Assembly (NCBI GenBank): GCA_016707525.1
Contig: JADJHP010000003.1
Location: 140,677-204,676, forward strand
Direction: 5' to 3'
Source: Ignavibacteriota bacterium
GTDB taxonomy: Bacteria > Bacteroidota > Ignavibacteria > UBA10030 > UBA6906
DNA length: 64,000 bases
Under the pieces are notes generated by a model, which worked only from the letters and a program-made list of their open reading frames with translations, made no database searches and had not been told where the DNA came from. A program made the position numbers and the translations under genes. Below are positions 1 through 9,387 of this stretch, piece by piece (positions within the stretch are counted from its first letter, which is position 1; every line of letters begins with the position of its first letter).

Positions 1-1225
1 TATACGATCCGATCTCCGCCTTGCGGTCGGGATGCCTGCCGAGGTATTCGCGTAGTTCAAGAACGTCTTCAAGATCGAACCGGTAGGCCGGTATGTCGCG
101 GAGGAGTGCGAGGGCGGGAGTGATGATCTTCTCGTCGCGCGCCTTGATGCACTCCTCGGGCGTATCCATCCAGGCGATATCCTGGTGGGAGGAGTTGATG
201 ATGTACCCCCGTTCCGAACCCTTCATGGCCGTTGACAGATCGGTCAACGCGCCGCCGAAGTCGGGCAGAAAAGTGGTGCGGTAGTCGAGTTTCCATGCGC
301 CCGTCGGCGTTCTCGAGACGGTGCGCTGTATCAGCCTTTTAGGCGTTATCAGGGATTCATCGACGGGCTGCCCGAGCGAGCCTACACGGACGATCTCATC
401 CTTATCGATCCACACCTCGAGCGGCTCGCTTGGCGAGATCGTCCCTGTGAGTGTTGCTCCGGCGCGATGATGCACATCGGCAAGCTGCGCGGCGAGCTCG
501 GGCCGAGAACCGGCACGGAGGCGGACGGTGCGACCGATCCACGTCGAGGCGGCGACGATGCTCATGACCGCATCGGAACCGGTCCCGCTGACGGTGCATT
601 CGCAGTACGCGTCAAACCGGGCCTTCCCTTGTAGATAGTCGATGACCGATCCATCCTGGTACACCATCATCCACGAAGCGGTCGGGGACTTGTCGGCGGT
701 GATGCGGATGGAAACAGGTTCGCCCGGACGGATCCATGTTCCGGGAACCACGAACCGGAGATATCCAAAATGGTCATTGAACTGGTCGCGAAGGACGCCG
801 TCGAATGCCAGTACACCGCCCTCCTTCCCATTCACGCGCCAGGAGGAGGCCGTCGTCGGATGGAAATCGAATCTCCGCACGCCGTTAATGGAAACGTGGA
901 ACGTGACCGGGGACTCCCCCTGACCTGCAATGCCGGCGCTCACCACGAAGCCGGCATCTTTACCGGAAGGGATGGAGCCGGGCAGGGCGGTTTTCCATTC
1001 GATCGCCATGCTTCCCGTGTTCGCACGACAGATCATCGCCGTTGCAAGGGCGGGGCGGAGACGCGGGTACTGGAGAAGGTCACCGCCGACGATCTGGCTG
1101 TAACCCTCGGTGTATCCCGCGATGTCACGCACGATCTGTGCATGACGCTCAACGTCGTCGCTCGACTGTGCATACAGTGAGGCGTGCAGCATCAGGGTGG
1201 CCAGAATCCATAGGGCAGAGCGCAT
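1..1225 (-). CDS. GH38-family alpha-mannosidase, N-terminal ~408 aa (3' end runs off window start)
   Basis: Open minus-strand frame from ATG 1225-1223 (MRSALWILATLMLHASLYAQ, signal peptide). About 370 aa of N-terminal extension, then GH38 signature INSSHQDIAWMDTPEE (HSHxDxxWL) near position 120. Absent from the ORF track because it is truncated by the window edge. Confidence 0.6.
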   Translation of the reverse strand, partial: MRSALWILATLMLHASLYAQSSDDVERHAQIVRDIAGYTEGYSQIVGGDLLQYPRLRPALATAMICRANTGSMAIEWKTALPGSIPSGKDAGFVVSAGIAGQGESPVTFHVSINGVRRFDFHPTTASSWRVNGKEGGVLAFDGVLRDQFNDHFGYLRFVVPGTWIRPGEPVSIRITADKSPTASWMMVYQDGSVIDYLQGKARFDAYCECTVSGTGSDAVMSIVAASTWIGRTVRLRAGSRPELAAQLADVHHRAGATLTGTISPSEPLEVWIDKDEIVRVGSLGQPVDESLITPKRLIQRTVSRTPTGAWKLDYRTTFLPDFGGALTDLSTAMKGSERGYIINSSHQDIAWMDTPEECIKARDEKIITPALALLRDIPAYRFDLEDVLELREYLGRHPDRKAEIGSY

Positions 1226-1394
1226 GTATCGGGTCCTGTTCGGATGAATGAACGTTTGCATTCAGGCGGAGATCGCAACTGCGGTTTGACTCATGGGAAG
1301 CGGCGCCCCGTGAATATCAAAGCAGTATGAGCAGATGAAGCGTCTCTCGATTCAACCTATCGAAATGCTGGAGGAAAGTCAATCAGCCGTTCGG

Positions 1395-1455
1395 CTCGAT
1401 TTATTGATGAGGCAACGGGCCAGCGTTGGACTCGATGTATTGATGAGGCAACGGG
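1395..1455. repeat. 25-bp direct repeat x2 (CTCGAT[T/G]TATTGATGAGGCAACGGG), 36-bp period, upstream of the GH38 start
   Basis: Copies at 1395-1419 and 1431-1455 differ at one base. Intergenic, between the membrane-protein stop and the GH38 start. Confidence 0.6.
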
Positions 1456-1475
1456 TTGTCCCGGAGCGCCGGACA

Positions 1476-2333
1476 TCATTTCTCGATGCGATAATGCCAC
1501 AACACGTACACAAACCCGGAAACGATGATCAAGCCCAGATTGAGGAATACGATCAGATCCCGCATCATGAATGTCGGGTCATCGTTCATCCACATCACCC
1601 AGCCCATCGCGTTGACAGCAACGATCATGGTGAGAAAGAACCCGTAGAAGAGGAACTGAACCGGAAAGGTGGTCCGTGGCCTGGTCCAGAGCAAATAGAC
1701 GCTGATGAGCCCCAACGGTATGGAGAATCCGAGGTCGAACATCCGCACCACCCAGAACATCGTCGGCGATGCATCATAGGCGCGCGTGGTGCCGGTGGCA
1801 ATGACCTCCAGCACTTCCTTGATCCACATCGAGGCAAAGACCAGGAGGAAGACAGGAAAGCCAATGGAATAGATAATGAGTCCCGTTTTCCTGAACGTCG
1901 CCGTAACGTTCCCGGGAAATATCGAGAGACCATACAGCAGAATGATAAGTGCCGAGACGAGAATGAAAAGGAAATGGAACGTGTACTGTTCGCTATTCCC
2001 TGAGTAGTGCGTTGAGCTCCATTCCATGCCGAGGGTATAACTGAGAACGAAATAGATCAGATACAGAGGGGTCATCATGAGAAGGTACGGTGCGATCCCC
2101 CTCCGGAAGAAGAGGGTGACGCCGCCGGCAATAAGTAAGGGACTCAAGAGGAAGACATTCACCAGGTCCTGCGCCACGATCTGGTTGTTGTTGATCCCCG
2201 GGGTCTTGTACCGAAGCTGGTTCAGGAACGTGGGGCCCTCGACCGCCAGATAGACCAGCATAAGACCGGTGGCGATCGCTATCAACGCCACGAAGACTCT
2301 CTCGAAGGGACTCCCATAAGAATTGGTCTTCAT
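1476..2333 (-). CDS. polytopic integral membrane protein (about 8 TM helices), unknown function
   Basis: 285-aa ORF, strongly hydrophobic with repeated 20-residue apolar stretches. The plus-strand ORF 1335..2003 is its antisense shadow. Confidence 0.7.
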   Translation of the reverse strand: MKTNSYGSPFERVFVALIAIATGLMLVYLAVEGPTFLNQLRYKTPGINNNQIVAQDLVNVFLLSPLLIAGGVTLFFRRGIAPYLLMMTPLYLIYFVLSYTLGMEWSSTHYSGNSEQYTFHFLFILVSALIILLYGLSIFPGNVTATFRKTGLIIYSIGFPVFLLVFASMWIKEVLEVIATGTTRAYDASPTMFWVVRMFDLGFSIPLGLISVYLLWTRPRTTFPVQFLFYGFFLTMIVAVNAMGWVMWMNDDPTFMMRDLIVFLNLGLIIVSGFVYVLWHYRIEK

Positions 2334-2533
2334 GATCTGGTTCTTCCTTCCGTGGTCGCTGGACAGGGCGATTCTCCGCCGTGGATCTGATGAAAGCTAC
2401 CGGAAGGATCCCCAACAAACATCGGTCGAAAGCATGAGAGAATGGTTAATCACACGAAGGATCGAAGCGATACCAGCGGTGGGAACTGTGGCACGCGGGA
2501 ACTGGTGGAGCGCACACAGGAACTACAACGCCC

Positions 2534-2570
2534 GAGGGGGTCCCTTGTATCCGGGACCCCCTCTTTGGTT
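2534..2570. terminator. intrinsic-terminator-like hairpin downstream of the tricorn gene
   Basis: Perfect 11-bp stem GAGGGGGTCCC / GGGACCCCCTC with 8-nt loop, followed by TTTGGTT. Confidence 0.45.
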
Positions 2571-2607
2571 ACACCGGGGATATCGCGTTGTGTCGCAATA
2601 CATCTGC

Positions 2608-4608
2608 CTACCGCTTCTCGTCCGCCGGACGGGCAGGCATCGTCGGCGACTTTTCTTTCAGCCTCTTCAGCACTTCCTGCACTCCCCGTTCAAGCTGGGT
2701 ATCGACCCCCTTCGCGAGCGCGGCCGGATCCTCCGGGACCATGATGTCGGGATCCACACCGTGACCTTCCTTGAACCAGCTCCCGTCCGGATTGTACATG
2801 CGGAACGTGGGAACGGTGACATTCCCCCCATCGATCAATTCCGGGACTCCGCTGATGCCGATCAGGCCACCCCAGGTGCGCGTGCCCACGAGCGGACCAA
2901 GGCCGGCTTTCCGGAAGAAGTCGGGGAATGCATCGCCACCCGACCCGCTCCAGCCGTTGATCAGCATGGCCTTCGGACCGAAGTGCGCAACGACCGGCCA
3001 CTGCCAGGTCTTGCCATCGCGGACCGCCCAGTACGCGAGCGGCTTCCGGTCGAGGAGTTCGATGAAGCGGTCCGGGATCTGCCCGCCGCTGTTGAACCGT
3101 TCGTCGATCACCAGTCCGTCCTTCGTGAATTGAGCAGCGAACTGACGCACCAGCTCCGTCTGCCCATCAATGCCGGTACTGGGGACATAGACATAGCCGA
3201 TCCGGCCTCCGGAGAGCTCATCGACCTTCTTCCGATTCGCTTCGATCCACGCCAGGTGACGCAGACGCGATTCATCGGCGAGCGTCCTGACGATGATCTG
3301 CCACGCCCCATCCATTGTCGGCCTGGAGTTCACGGTCAACTCAACGGTCTGTTCCGCCGATCCCCTGAACGCCTCCCACGGCGCACGGCGCGCGTCCAGC
3401 GGCGTTCCATTGACTGCGAGGATGAAATTTCCTTCCCGGACCTTGAGCCCCGGCATCGCGAGGCTGGAACGGACTTCACTGTCCCATGGGGCGCCATCAA
3501 TGATCTTCTTGATGCGATAGGCACCTTCAGCAAGCTCCCAGTCGATGCCGAGATAACCGACAGCCCGCATCGGCGCAACTTCTTCATCCCCGCCCCCACG
3601 ATAGGTGTGGGATGCGTTGAGCTCGCCGATAAGTTCACCGATCACAAAATTGACATCAGATCTCGTCACGGCGAGATCCAACAGTGCCGCATAGTGCTTC
3701 CGCATCGCCGCCCAATCCACACCGTGCATCTGCCTGTCATAGAAGAAATCTCTTTCCAGCCTCCACGCGTCGGTGAAGATCTGTTTCCATTCAGCCCGCG
3801 GATCGACCGTCATGTCCAGCTGGCCGCTCGGAACTTTCTTGTCCATCTTCTGGCCTTCGGCAATGTCGACCACGGCGAAGCTCCCCTCCTTGGAGACGAG
3901 CAGCTTTTTCCCATCGGCGCTCACCTGGAACCCATCCGCATCATCGAGAATGGTCTTCTCTTCCCGCTTCTCGATGTCATAATACAGCACGGACTTCTTC
4001 TTGTCGGATGAGCCGGAATTGGGGAATCGCTGGAACACGACCTTCCCGGCGACAGCATAGACACCGGAGATATTTCCCGCAGCCGGCGGAAGGATCACCA
4101 CCCGGCGTTCCAGGCCCGCGATCGTGACCGCGGTCTCTTTCGCCTTCTTGTCATCCTTCTTCTCTTCCTTCTTCTCGTCCTTCTTTCCGGCAGGTGTTGC
4201 TCCAGCATCGCCGGCCGGCACCGAGAGCGTATCATTCCGGGGAGCGAGAGGCGAGAGGATGTCGTCGGTCAACGTCGCTACGGCAATGCGCGTGGTGTTC
4301 GGATAGATCCACGTCCCATCCAGATCCGAGTACACCGGGTTGAGCGTCCGGTTCGTAAGGAAGAACAGGTATTTCCCATCGGGATCGAACGACGGTTGCA
4401 CATCGTTATAGTACCCCGACGTTGCCTGCATACTCTTCCCTTCCCGTGTATCGAACAGGAAGATCGCGCTGCTGCGGTTGTCGAGATCCCGTGCGTACGC
4501 GATCCAGCGGCTATCGGGCGACCAGCTGACGCGGAAGCCCGCAAGATCCCCCTCAGTATAAGTAGAGGGCCTTGTCGACGTCCGTCGTCCGCTTCTTTTC
4601 GATGTCAT
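2608..4608 (-). CDS. tricorn protease homolog, C-terminal fragment (propeller remainder, PDZ, S41 peptidase domain)
   Basis: 666-aa ORF with S41 serine motif INGWSGSGGDAFP. Overlaps the upstream fragment in another frame at 4553-4608. Confidence 0.8.
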   Translation of the reverse strand: MTSKRSGRRTSTRPSTYTEGDLAGFRVSWSPDSRWIAYARDLDNRSSAIFLFDTREGKSMQATSGYYNDVQPSFDPDGKYLFFLTNRTLNPVYSDLDGTWIYPNTTRIAVATLTDDILSPLAPRNDTLSVPAGDAGATPAGKKDEKKEEKKDDKKAKETAVTIAGLERRVVILPPAAGNISGVYAVAGKVVFQRFPNSGSSDKKKSVLYYDIEKREEKTILDDADGFQVSADGKKLLVSKEGSFAVVDIAEGQKMDKKVPSGQLDMTVDPRAEWKQIFTDAWRLERDFFYDRQMHGVDWAAMRKHYAALLDLAVTRSDVNFVIGELIGELNASHTYRGGGDEEVAPMRAVGYLGIDWELAEGAYRIKKIIDGAPWDSEVRSSLAMPGLKVREGNFILAVNGTPLDARRAPWEAFRGSAEQTVELTVNSRPTMDGAWQIIVRTLADESRLRHLAWIEANRKKVDELSGGRIGYVYVPSTGIDGQTELVRQFAAQFTKDGLVIDERFNSGGQIPDRFIELLDRKPLAYWAVRDGKTWQWPVVAHFGPKAMLINGWSGSGGDAFPDFFRKAGLGPLVGTRTWGGLIGISGVPELIDGGNVTVPTFRMYNPDGSWFKEGHGVDPDIMVPEDPAALAKGVDTQLERGVQEVLKRLKEKSPTMPARPADEKR

Positions 4609-5872
4609 AGACCCTGATCTGCATCGTCTGGTCGATGAATGCCACCATCTTGCTGTTCGGCGACCACCAGATGCGGTAGCGGAAGCCGGGACCGTAGGAT
4701 GTCACCGTGGTTTCGGTCCGCTTGCCGGCATCCATGAGCGTGAGTTCGTATTCACCACTGCGATCGCTCCAGTAGGCGATCGTCTTGCCATCCGGCGACC
4801 ACGAGGGAGACCGTTCGGCCGCTCCCGGTGTGCGCGTCAGGTCGTACACCGGCCCGTTCTCCGCCGGCACGGAAAAGATCTCTCCGCGTGCCTGGAAGAG
4901 TGCGCGTTTGCCATCGGGTGACACAGCAGTTGCCCGGATGAGTTTTGCTGCATTCTCCGTACGGGGAAGCAGAGAGCTCTGGTCCGTGACCACCTTCACG
5001 GCAACCTCCTGCTCCTTCCCGGTTGCAGGATCCAGCACGAACAATTTCCCGCCCGTCTCGAAGACGATCCCTGCCGCACCGATCGACGGACTATGAACAT
5101 CCGTATCCGTGAAGCGGGTAAGCTGACGGATGATCTTCGTTGCACCATCATACACCCAGATGTTGGAGCGTTGCTCGCGTCCGCGGTCGGAGAGGAAGTA
5201 GATCAGGTTCCCCTGCCACATCGGGAACTCGTCGCTGGCGTCATTGGGACTGATGGTCTCATCTGTCCCCTTGTCGAGATCGAAGACGTGGATGTCCGGC
5301 GCCCACCCCCCACGATACCGCTTCCATGTGCGGAACGCCTGGGTCTGGAACGTGTACGCCAGCTTCTTCCCGTCGGCAGAGAGGGATCCGATCTCGGCAT
5401 ACGGCAGGGGCAACGGCTGCGGCAGTCCACCGTCGACCGGCACGCTGAAGAACTGATTGAAACGCTGCCGCCCGCTGTACATCGACGACGCGAAGAGAAT
5501 GCGTTTCCCGTCCGGGTACCAGCCCACCACCCGTTCGCCGCTCCCGTGGGACGTCACCCGCACAGGCATGCCCCCGGTGGCGCTGATCACATAGACGTCC
5601 ATGTTCCCGTCATAGTTGGCGGTGTAGGCTATGGACTTTCCATCGGGCGAAAAATGCGGGTACAGTTCTTCCCCTTTGGGCGAACTGAGTCTGACCGCCG
5701 TCCCTCCCCCTGCCGGCACGAGCCAGAGGTCACTGGCGTACGCGAACACGATCTGCGTCGCCGAGATATCCGGCGTGCGCATCATCCGCGCATCGAGTTG
5801 GGCGAAGACATGCGGGGCGATCGGGAAGAACAGGAGCGCGAGAGTGGCAGCCACAGCGCGTGGAGATTTCAT
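4553..5872 (-). CDS. tricorn protease homolog, N-terminal fragment (signal peptide plus WD40/TolB-like beta-propellers)
   Basis: 439 aa, signal peptide MKSPRAVAATLALLFFPIAPHVFAQ, repeated SPDGK propeller motifs. Ends LYLY* where the C-terminal fragment continues in another frame. Confidence 0.8.
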   Translation of the reverse strand: MKSPRAVAATLALLFFPIAPHVFAQLDARMMRTPDISATQIVFAYASDLWLVPAGGGTAVRLSSPKGEELYPHFSPDGKSIAYTANYDGNMDVYVISATGGMPVRVTSHGSGERVVGWYPDGKRILFASSMYSGRQRFNQFFSVPVDGGLPQPLPLPYAEIGSLSADGKKLAYTFQTQAFRTWKRYRGGWAPDIHVFDLDKGTDETISPNDASDEFPMWQGNLIYFLSDRGREQRSNIWVYDGATKIIRQLTRFTDTDVHSPSIGAAGIVFETGGKLFVLDPATGKEQEVAVKVVTDQSSLLPRTENAAKLIRATAVSPDGKRALFQARGEIFSVPAENGPVYDLTRTPGAAERSPSWSPDGKTIAYWSDRSGEYELTLMDAGKRTETTVTSYGPGFRYRIWWSPNSKMVAFIDQTMQIRVYDIEKKRTTDVDKALYLY

Positions 5873-6030
5873 TGAGCGCTTCCTTGGATGTGACGGAATG
5901 AGGTGTGGTCGTGAAGGATTTCACGTTGGTAATGTAGCTGAGAGTCGAACAAAAATCAATTTCACCCCCTGTTCTGCCACCGATCCACAGCCCGCGGGGT
6001 GCTTCGAGGCTTCCTGCCCCCCCTGATGTG

Positions 6031-6059
6031 TTGACTTTGCCTCCGCGAATTGGTAGTAT
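6031..6059 (+). promoter_or_regulatory. sigma70-like promoter TTGACT-17bp-TAGTAT, about 160 nt upstream of the kinase gene
   Basis: TTGACT at 6031-6036, TAGTAT at 6054-6059. Followed by a UUCG-loop hairpin (CAGCCTTCGGCTG) in the 5' leader. Confidence 0.35.
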
Positions 6060-6217
6060 CCTTCAAGTCAGCCTTCGGCTGGCGTTGTACAACGGGGATG
6101 ATCTCTTATGGGGTGGATCATTAGACTTGTTGGTACCTACCTGAGCGGCATTGCGCCTCCTCCTTATGATTCCCTAACCCCTGCGCGTATCGGACAACAG
6201 GCATTTCAGGCCGATCG

Positions 6218-8941
6218 ATGCTAGCCAAATTGCGGCACACTATGCGGACCGTCACCGCGATCGCCCCGCTTGTCGGCGGAGCTCTGGTTGTCTGCATCGC
6301 GGCCTTTGTGCTGGCCGGTTGGATATACGGGTCGAGAGTCCTCATGTCGTTCGGCCAGGACCTCCTCCCCATGGCCCCCAGCACCGCGCTCCTCTTCATG
6401 ATGAACGGGGCGGCCCTCATCCTCATTGTGTGGCGTCAGGGATCCAACGTCGTCCGCGTTACGGCGCTCGGCGTTGCGATCGTGGCGCTTGCCGGAGCGG
6501 GTACACTCACCGTGCTCTCGGCACAGGGGTTACAATCTGACATCGAACATCTCGGGTTCCCGTCGTCCACGATGCCGGATGGCATGGCCATTGGTCACAT
6601 CTCCTCTATCGCCGCAGGGTGGTTGACCGCCTCGGCACTGGCACTCGTCATTCTTCAGCTCTCCCGGAGCAAGGGGCGCACAGGGCCGGTGATCTCCCTC
6701 GTGCTCGCTGCTACACTCTTCATGTCGTCCCAGCTGCTCCTCATCGCAAATCTTGGGGGTAGCCCGTTCGGCTTCGGCCCAAGCGAGATCGTGCCATCCC
6801 TCCCCACAGCGATCGGACTCGTCCTCCTCAGTGGAGGACTCCTTTTTGCATCTGCGCGTATCCTGTGGCCTGACATGGGAATGGACCCCCGACGCGGCGG
6901 CGAGTTCGTGTTCCAGAGCATCCTGGTCTTCCTGTTACTCGCCAGTTGCATCTTCGTGATCGCGTTCCTCCAAGCCGTCGCAGAACTCAAGGTGCGCGAC
7001 ATTGCCCAGTACCGTCGCGAACGTCTTGGTGACGCCTCTCTCCTCATGGAGAACCCGGACATCAGCCGGCTCGCTCTGGGCACGCTCGGCAGTTCGCCGG
7101 ATGGAACGAGCAAGCGACTGCTGGGCAACTGGATGCGTAAGCTCCGCGAGGCCTATTCCTATGACAGGGTCTTTCTCCTCGACCCTGAAGGGGACATGCG
7201 TCTGACACCGGGCGAACCGGATGAGCGGATCGACACGGTGATAGCGTCGCGCTGCGCCAGCGTGCTCCGGTCGCACACGCTCCATGTGGAAGACCTGTAC
7301 CGAAGCGACGTTGACAGGAAGATCTACATCGCTCTCCTCATCCCCGTCTACGATGGCAACACACCGCTCGCCGTGTTCGTCCTTCGCATCGATCCTGAGG
7401 TCTATCTGTACCCCTATCTCCAGACGTGGCCCGGCCCGAGCCGCACATCAGAGACGCTGCTCGTCCGGCGCGATGGGAACAGCGTGGTGTTCCTGTCGCC
7501 TCTCCGTTTCAGCACTGATCCTCCCCTGACACACCGGATCAGCCTCACCCACACAGAGGTGCCGGCCGTCCAGGCCGTGCTCGGCGAACGCGGGAGTGTG
7601 GAGGGCATAGACTACGCTGGACAGGAGGTCATCGCCAGCATCGCTCCTGTACCCGGATCCCCCTGGTACCTCATTGCTCGGACCAGTGTCTCCGAAGCCA
7701 TCACTCCCGTGCGCGAGCGGCTGTCGCTTATGCTGATCCTGATCGTCATCCTGGTGGGTTTTGCCGGGCTCGCTCTGGCCTATTTCGCCGTCGCCCAACG
7801 CGCCCGCATCTTCCGTGAGCAATTCCAGCATGCCGAGAACATGCGTCGATCCGACGAGCGCTTCCGGAAACTCGTGGAGTCCGCCCGGGACGGCATCGTC
7901 CTCACCGATGCCACCGGCACGTGCACAGATGCGAACCCCGGTGCATGCACGATGTTCGGCCTCCCCCACGACAGGCTGGTGGGTCAGCCGTTCCCCTCGC
8001 TGTTCCGGCTTCCGGATGGCAGCGATGGAAACCCGTTGTGGCTGTCGCTCATCCGCGCCGACACAAGAGCCACGGAACTGTCCCTCCGGCGGGCGGACGG
8101 ATCGTGCCTGTCGGTCGACGTCAGTGCCTGGGTTCTCCCCGATGGGAACGCTCAGGCGATCGTGCGCGATATCACCGAACGGAAACGGGCCGAGGAATTG
8201 CAGCAGAACCTCCACCTGGAGCTGGAGGAACGCGTGAAGGTCCGGACGGAACAGCTCGAGACCACGAACAAGGAACTTGAGACATTCAGCTATTCGGTTT
8301 CCCATGACCTCCGTGCTCCCCTCCGCGGGATCGACGGATGGAGTCTGGCCCTGCTTGAGGACTACGGAGACACGCTGGAACCCCGGGCGAAGGAATTCCT
8401 CGACCGGGTCCGTTCGGAGACGCAGCGCATGGGGCACCTCATCGATGATCTCCTCCGGTTGTCGCGCGTGACCCGAACGGATATGCGTTCGGTACCCGTC
8501 GACCTCACGGCTCTCGTGCGCCGGCTTGGTGAGAGCATACGGATCAGTCAGCCCGATCGCGACACCCTCCTCAGTGTGGAAGATGGGCTTACCGTCCAGG
8601 GCGATCCTTCCCTGCTCGAGATCGCGATCACCAATCTTCTCGACAATTCTTTCAAGTTCACGTCCAGGGTCGCACCGGCACGTATCACCGTGGGCAGGCA
8701 GAACGGCGGTGGGCGCAATGTGTTCTTTGTCAGTGACAACGGTGCCGGCTTCGATATGGCGTTTGCGAAGAAATTGTTTGCTCCGTTCCAGCGCATGCAT
8801 ACACTATCGGAATTTCCCGGGACCGGCATCGGGCTTGCGATCGTCCAGCGGATCATCCACAGACACGGTGGTGCGATCTGGGCGGAATCGGCCGTGAACG
8901 CCGGGGCCACGTTCTATTTCACACTGGAGAAAGGCTCATGA
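6218..8941 (+). CDS. membrane sensor histidine kinase (N-terminal multi-TM sensor, extracytoplasmic region, TM, PAS, HisKA, HATPase_c)
   Basis: H-box FSYSVSHDLRAPLRGIDGWS; G-boxes DNGAGFD and GTGIGLAIVQRI; ATG at 6218. Confidence 0.85.
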   Translation: MLAKLRHTMRTVTAIAPLVGGALVVCIAAFVLAGWIYGSRVLMSFGQDLLPMAPSTALLFMMNGAALILIVWRQGSNVVRVTALGVAIVALAGAGTLTVLSAQGLQSDIEHLGFPSSTMPDGMAIGHISSIAAGWLTASALALVILQLSRSKGRTGPVISLVLAATLFMSSQLLLIANLGGSPFGFGPSEIVPSLPTAIGLVLLSGGLLFASARILWPDMGMDPRRGGEFVFQSILVFLLLASCIFVIAFLQAVAELKVRDIAQYRRERLGDASLLMENPDISRLALGTLGSSPDGTSKRLLGNWMRKLREAYSYDRVFLLDPEGDMRLTPGEPDERIDTVIASRCASVLRSHTLHVEDLYRSDVDRKIYIALLIPVYDGNTPLAVFVLRIDPEVYLYPYLQTWPGPSRTSETLLVRRDGNSVVFLSPLRFSTDPPLTHRISLTHTEVPAVQAVLGERGSVEGIDYAGQEVIASIAPVPGSPWYLIARTSVSEAITPVRERLSLMLILIVILVGFAGLALAYFAVAQRARIFREQFQHAENMRRSDERFRKLVESARDGIVLTDATGTCTDANPGACTMFGLPHDRLVGQPFPSLFRLPDGSDGNPLWLSLIRADTRATELSLRRADGSCLSVDVSAWVLPDGNAQAIVRDITERKRAEELQQNLHLELEERVKVRTEQLETTNKELETFSYSVSHDLRAPLRGIDGWSLALLEDYGDTLEPRAKEFLDRVRSETQRMGHLIDDLLRLSRVTRTDMRSVPVDLTALVRRLGESIRISQPDRDTLLSVEDGLTVQGDPSLLEIAITNLLDNSFKFTSRVAPARITVGRQNGGGRNVFFVSDNGAGFDMAFAKKLFAPFQRMHTLSEFPGTGIGLAIVQRIIHRHGGAIWAESAVNAGATFYFTLEKGS

Positions 8942-9387
8942 ACGAGAAGATCATTCTTCTGGTGGAAGACAACCCCAGCGATGTGGATCTGACCCGGCGG
9001 GCATTCGATCGGAGCAAGCTCGCGAATACTCTCGTCGTTGCCCGCGATGGTCAGGAGGCGATCGACTTCTTCTTCGGCCCGCAGGGAGTGGCCGGTTCGG
9101 CCCCAGACAGGCTTCCTGAACTGGTGCTGCTTGATCTCAAGCTGCCAAGGGTGGACGGCCACACGGTGCTGCGGCGGATCAGGAGCGACCCGCGCACCCG
9201 TCGCATCCCTGTGGTGATCATGACCACGTCGCAGGAGGAGGAGGACATTGCCCAATCCTATGATCTTGGGGCGAACTCCTACATTCGCAAACCGGTGGAT
9301 TTCTCTCAGTTCTCTCAGTCCGTTCAGCAATTGGGCCTCTACTGGCTCGTCATGAACGAGCCCCCGCCGAAGGGAGCCGCTGTATGA
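8938..9387 (+). CDS. single-domain response regulator (CheY-like receiver)
   Basis: LLVEDNPSDVDL..LVLLDLKLP..KPVD; ATGA overlap with the kinase stop. Confidence 0.85.
   Translation: MNEKIILLVEDNPSDVDLTRRAFDRSKLANTLVVARDGQEAIDFFFGPQGVAGSAPDRLPELVLLDLKLPRVDGHTVLRRIRSDPRTRRIPVVIMTTSQEEEDIAQSYDLGANSYIRKPVDFSQFSQSVQQLGLYWLVMNEPPPKGAAV

Noticed and set aside
1335-2003. 222-aa plus ORF translating the 25-bp direct repeats as LDLLMRQR/LDVLMRQR
   Set aside because: It overlaps the membrane-protein gene on the opposite strand; the repeated peptide is a by-product of the DNA repeat.
2323-4011. 562-aa plus-strand ORF
   Set aside because: Antisense shadow of the tricorn protease gene in high-GC DNA; Arg/Pro-rich with no domain-like motifs.
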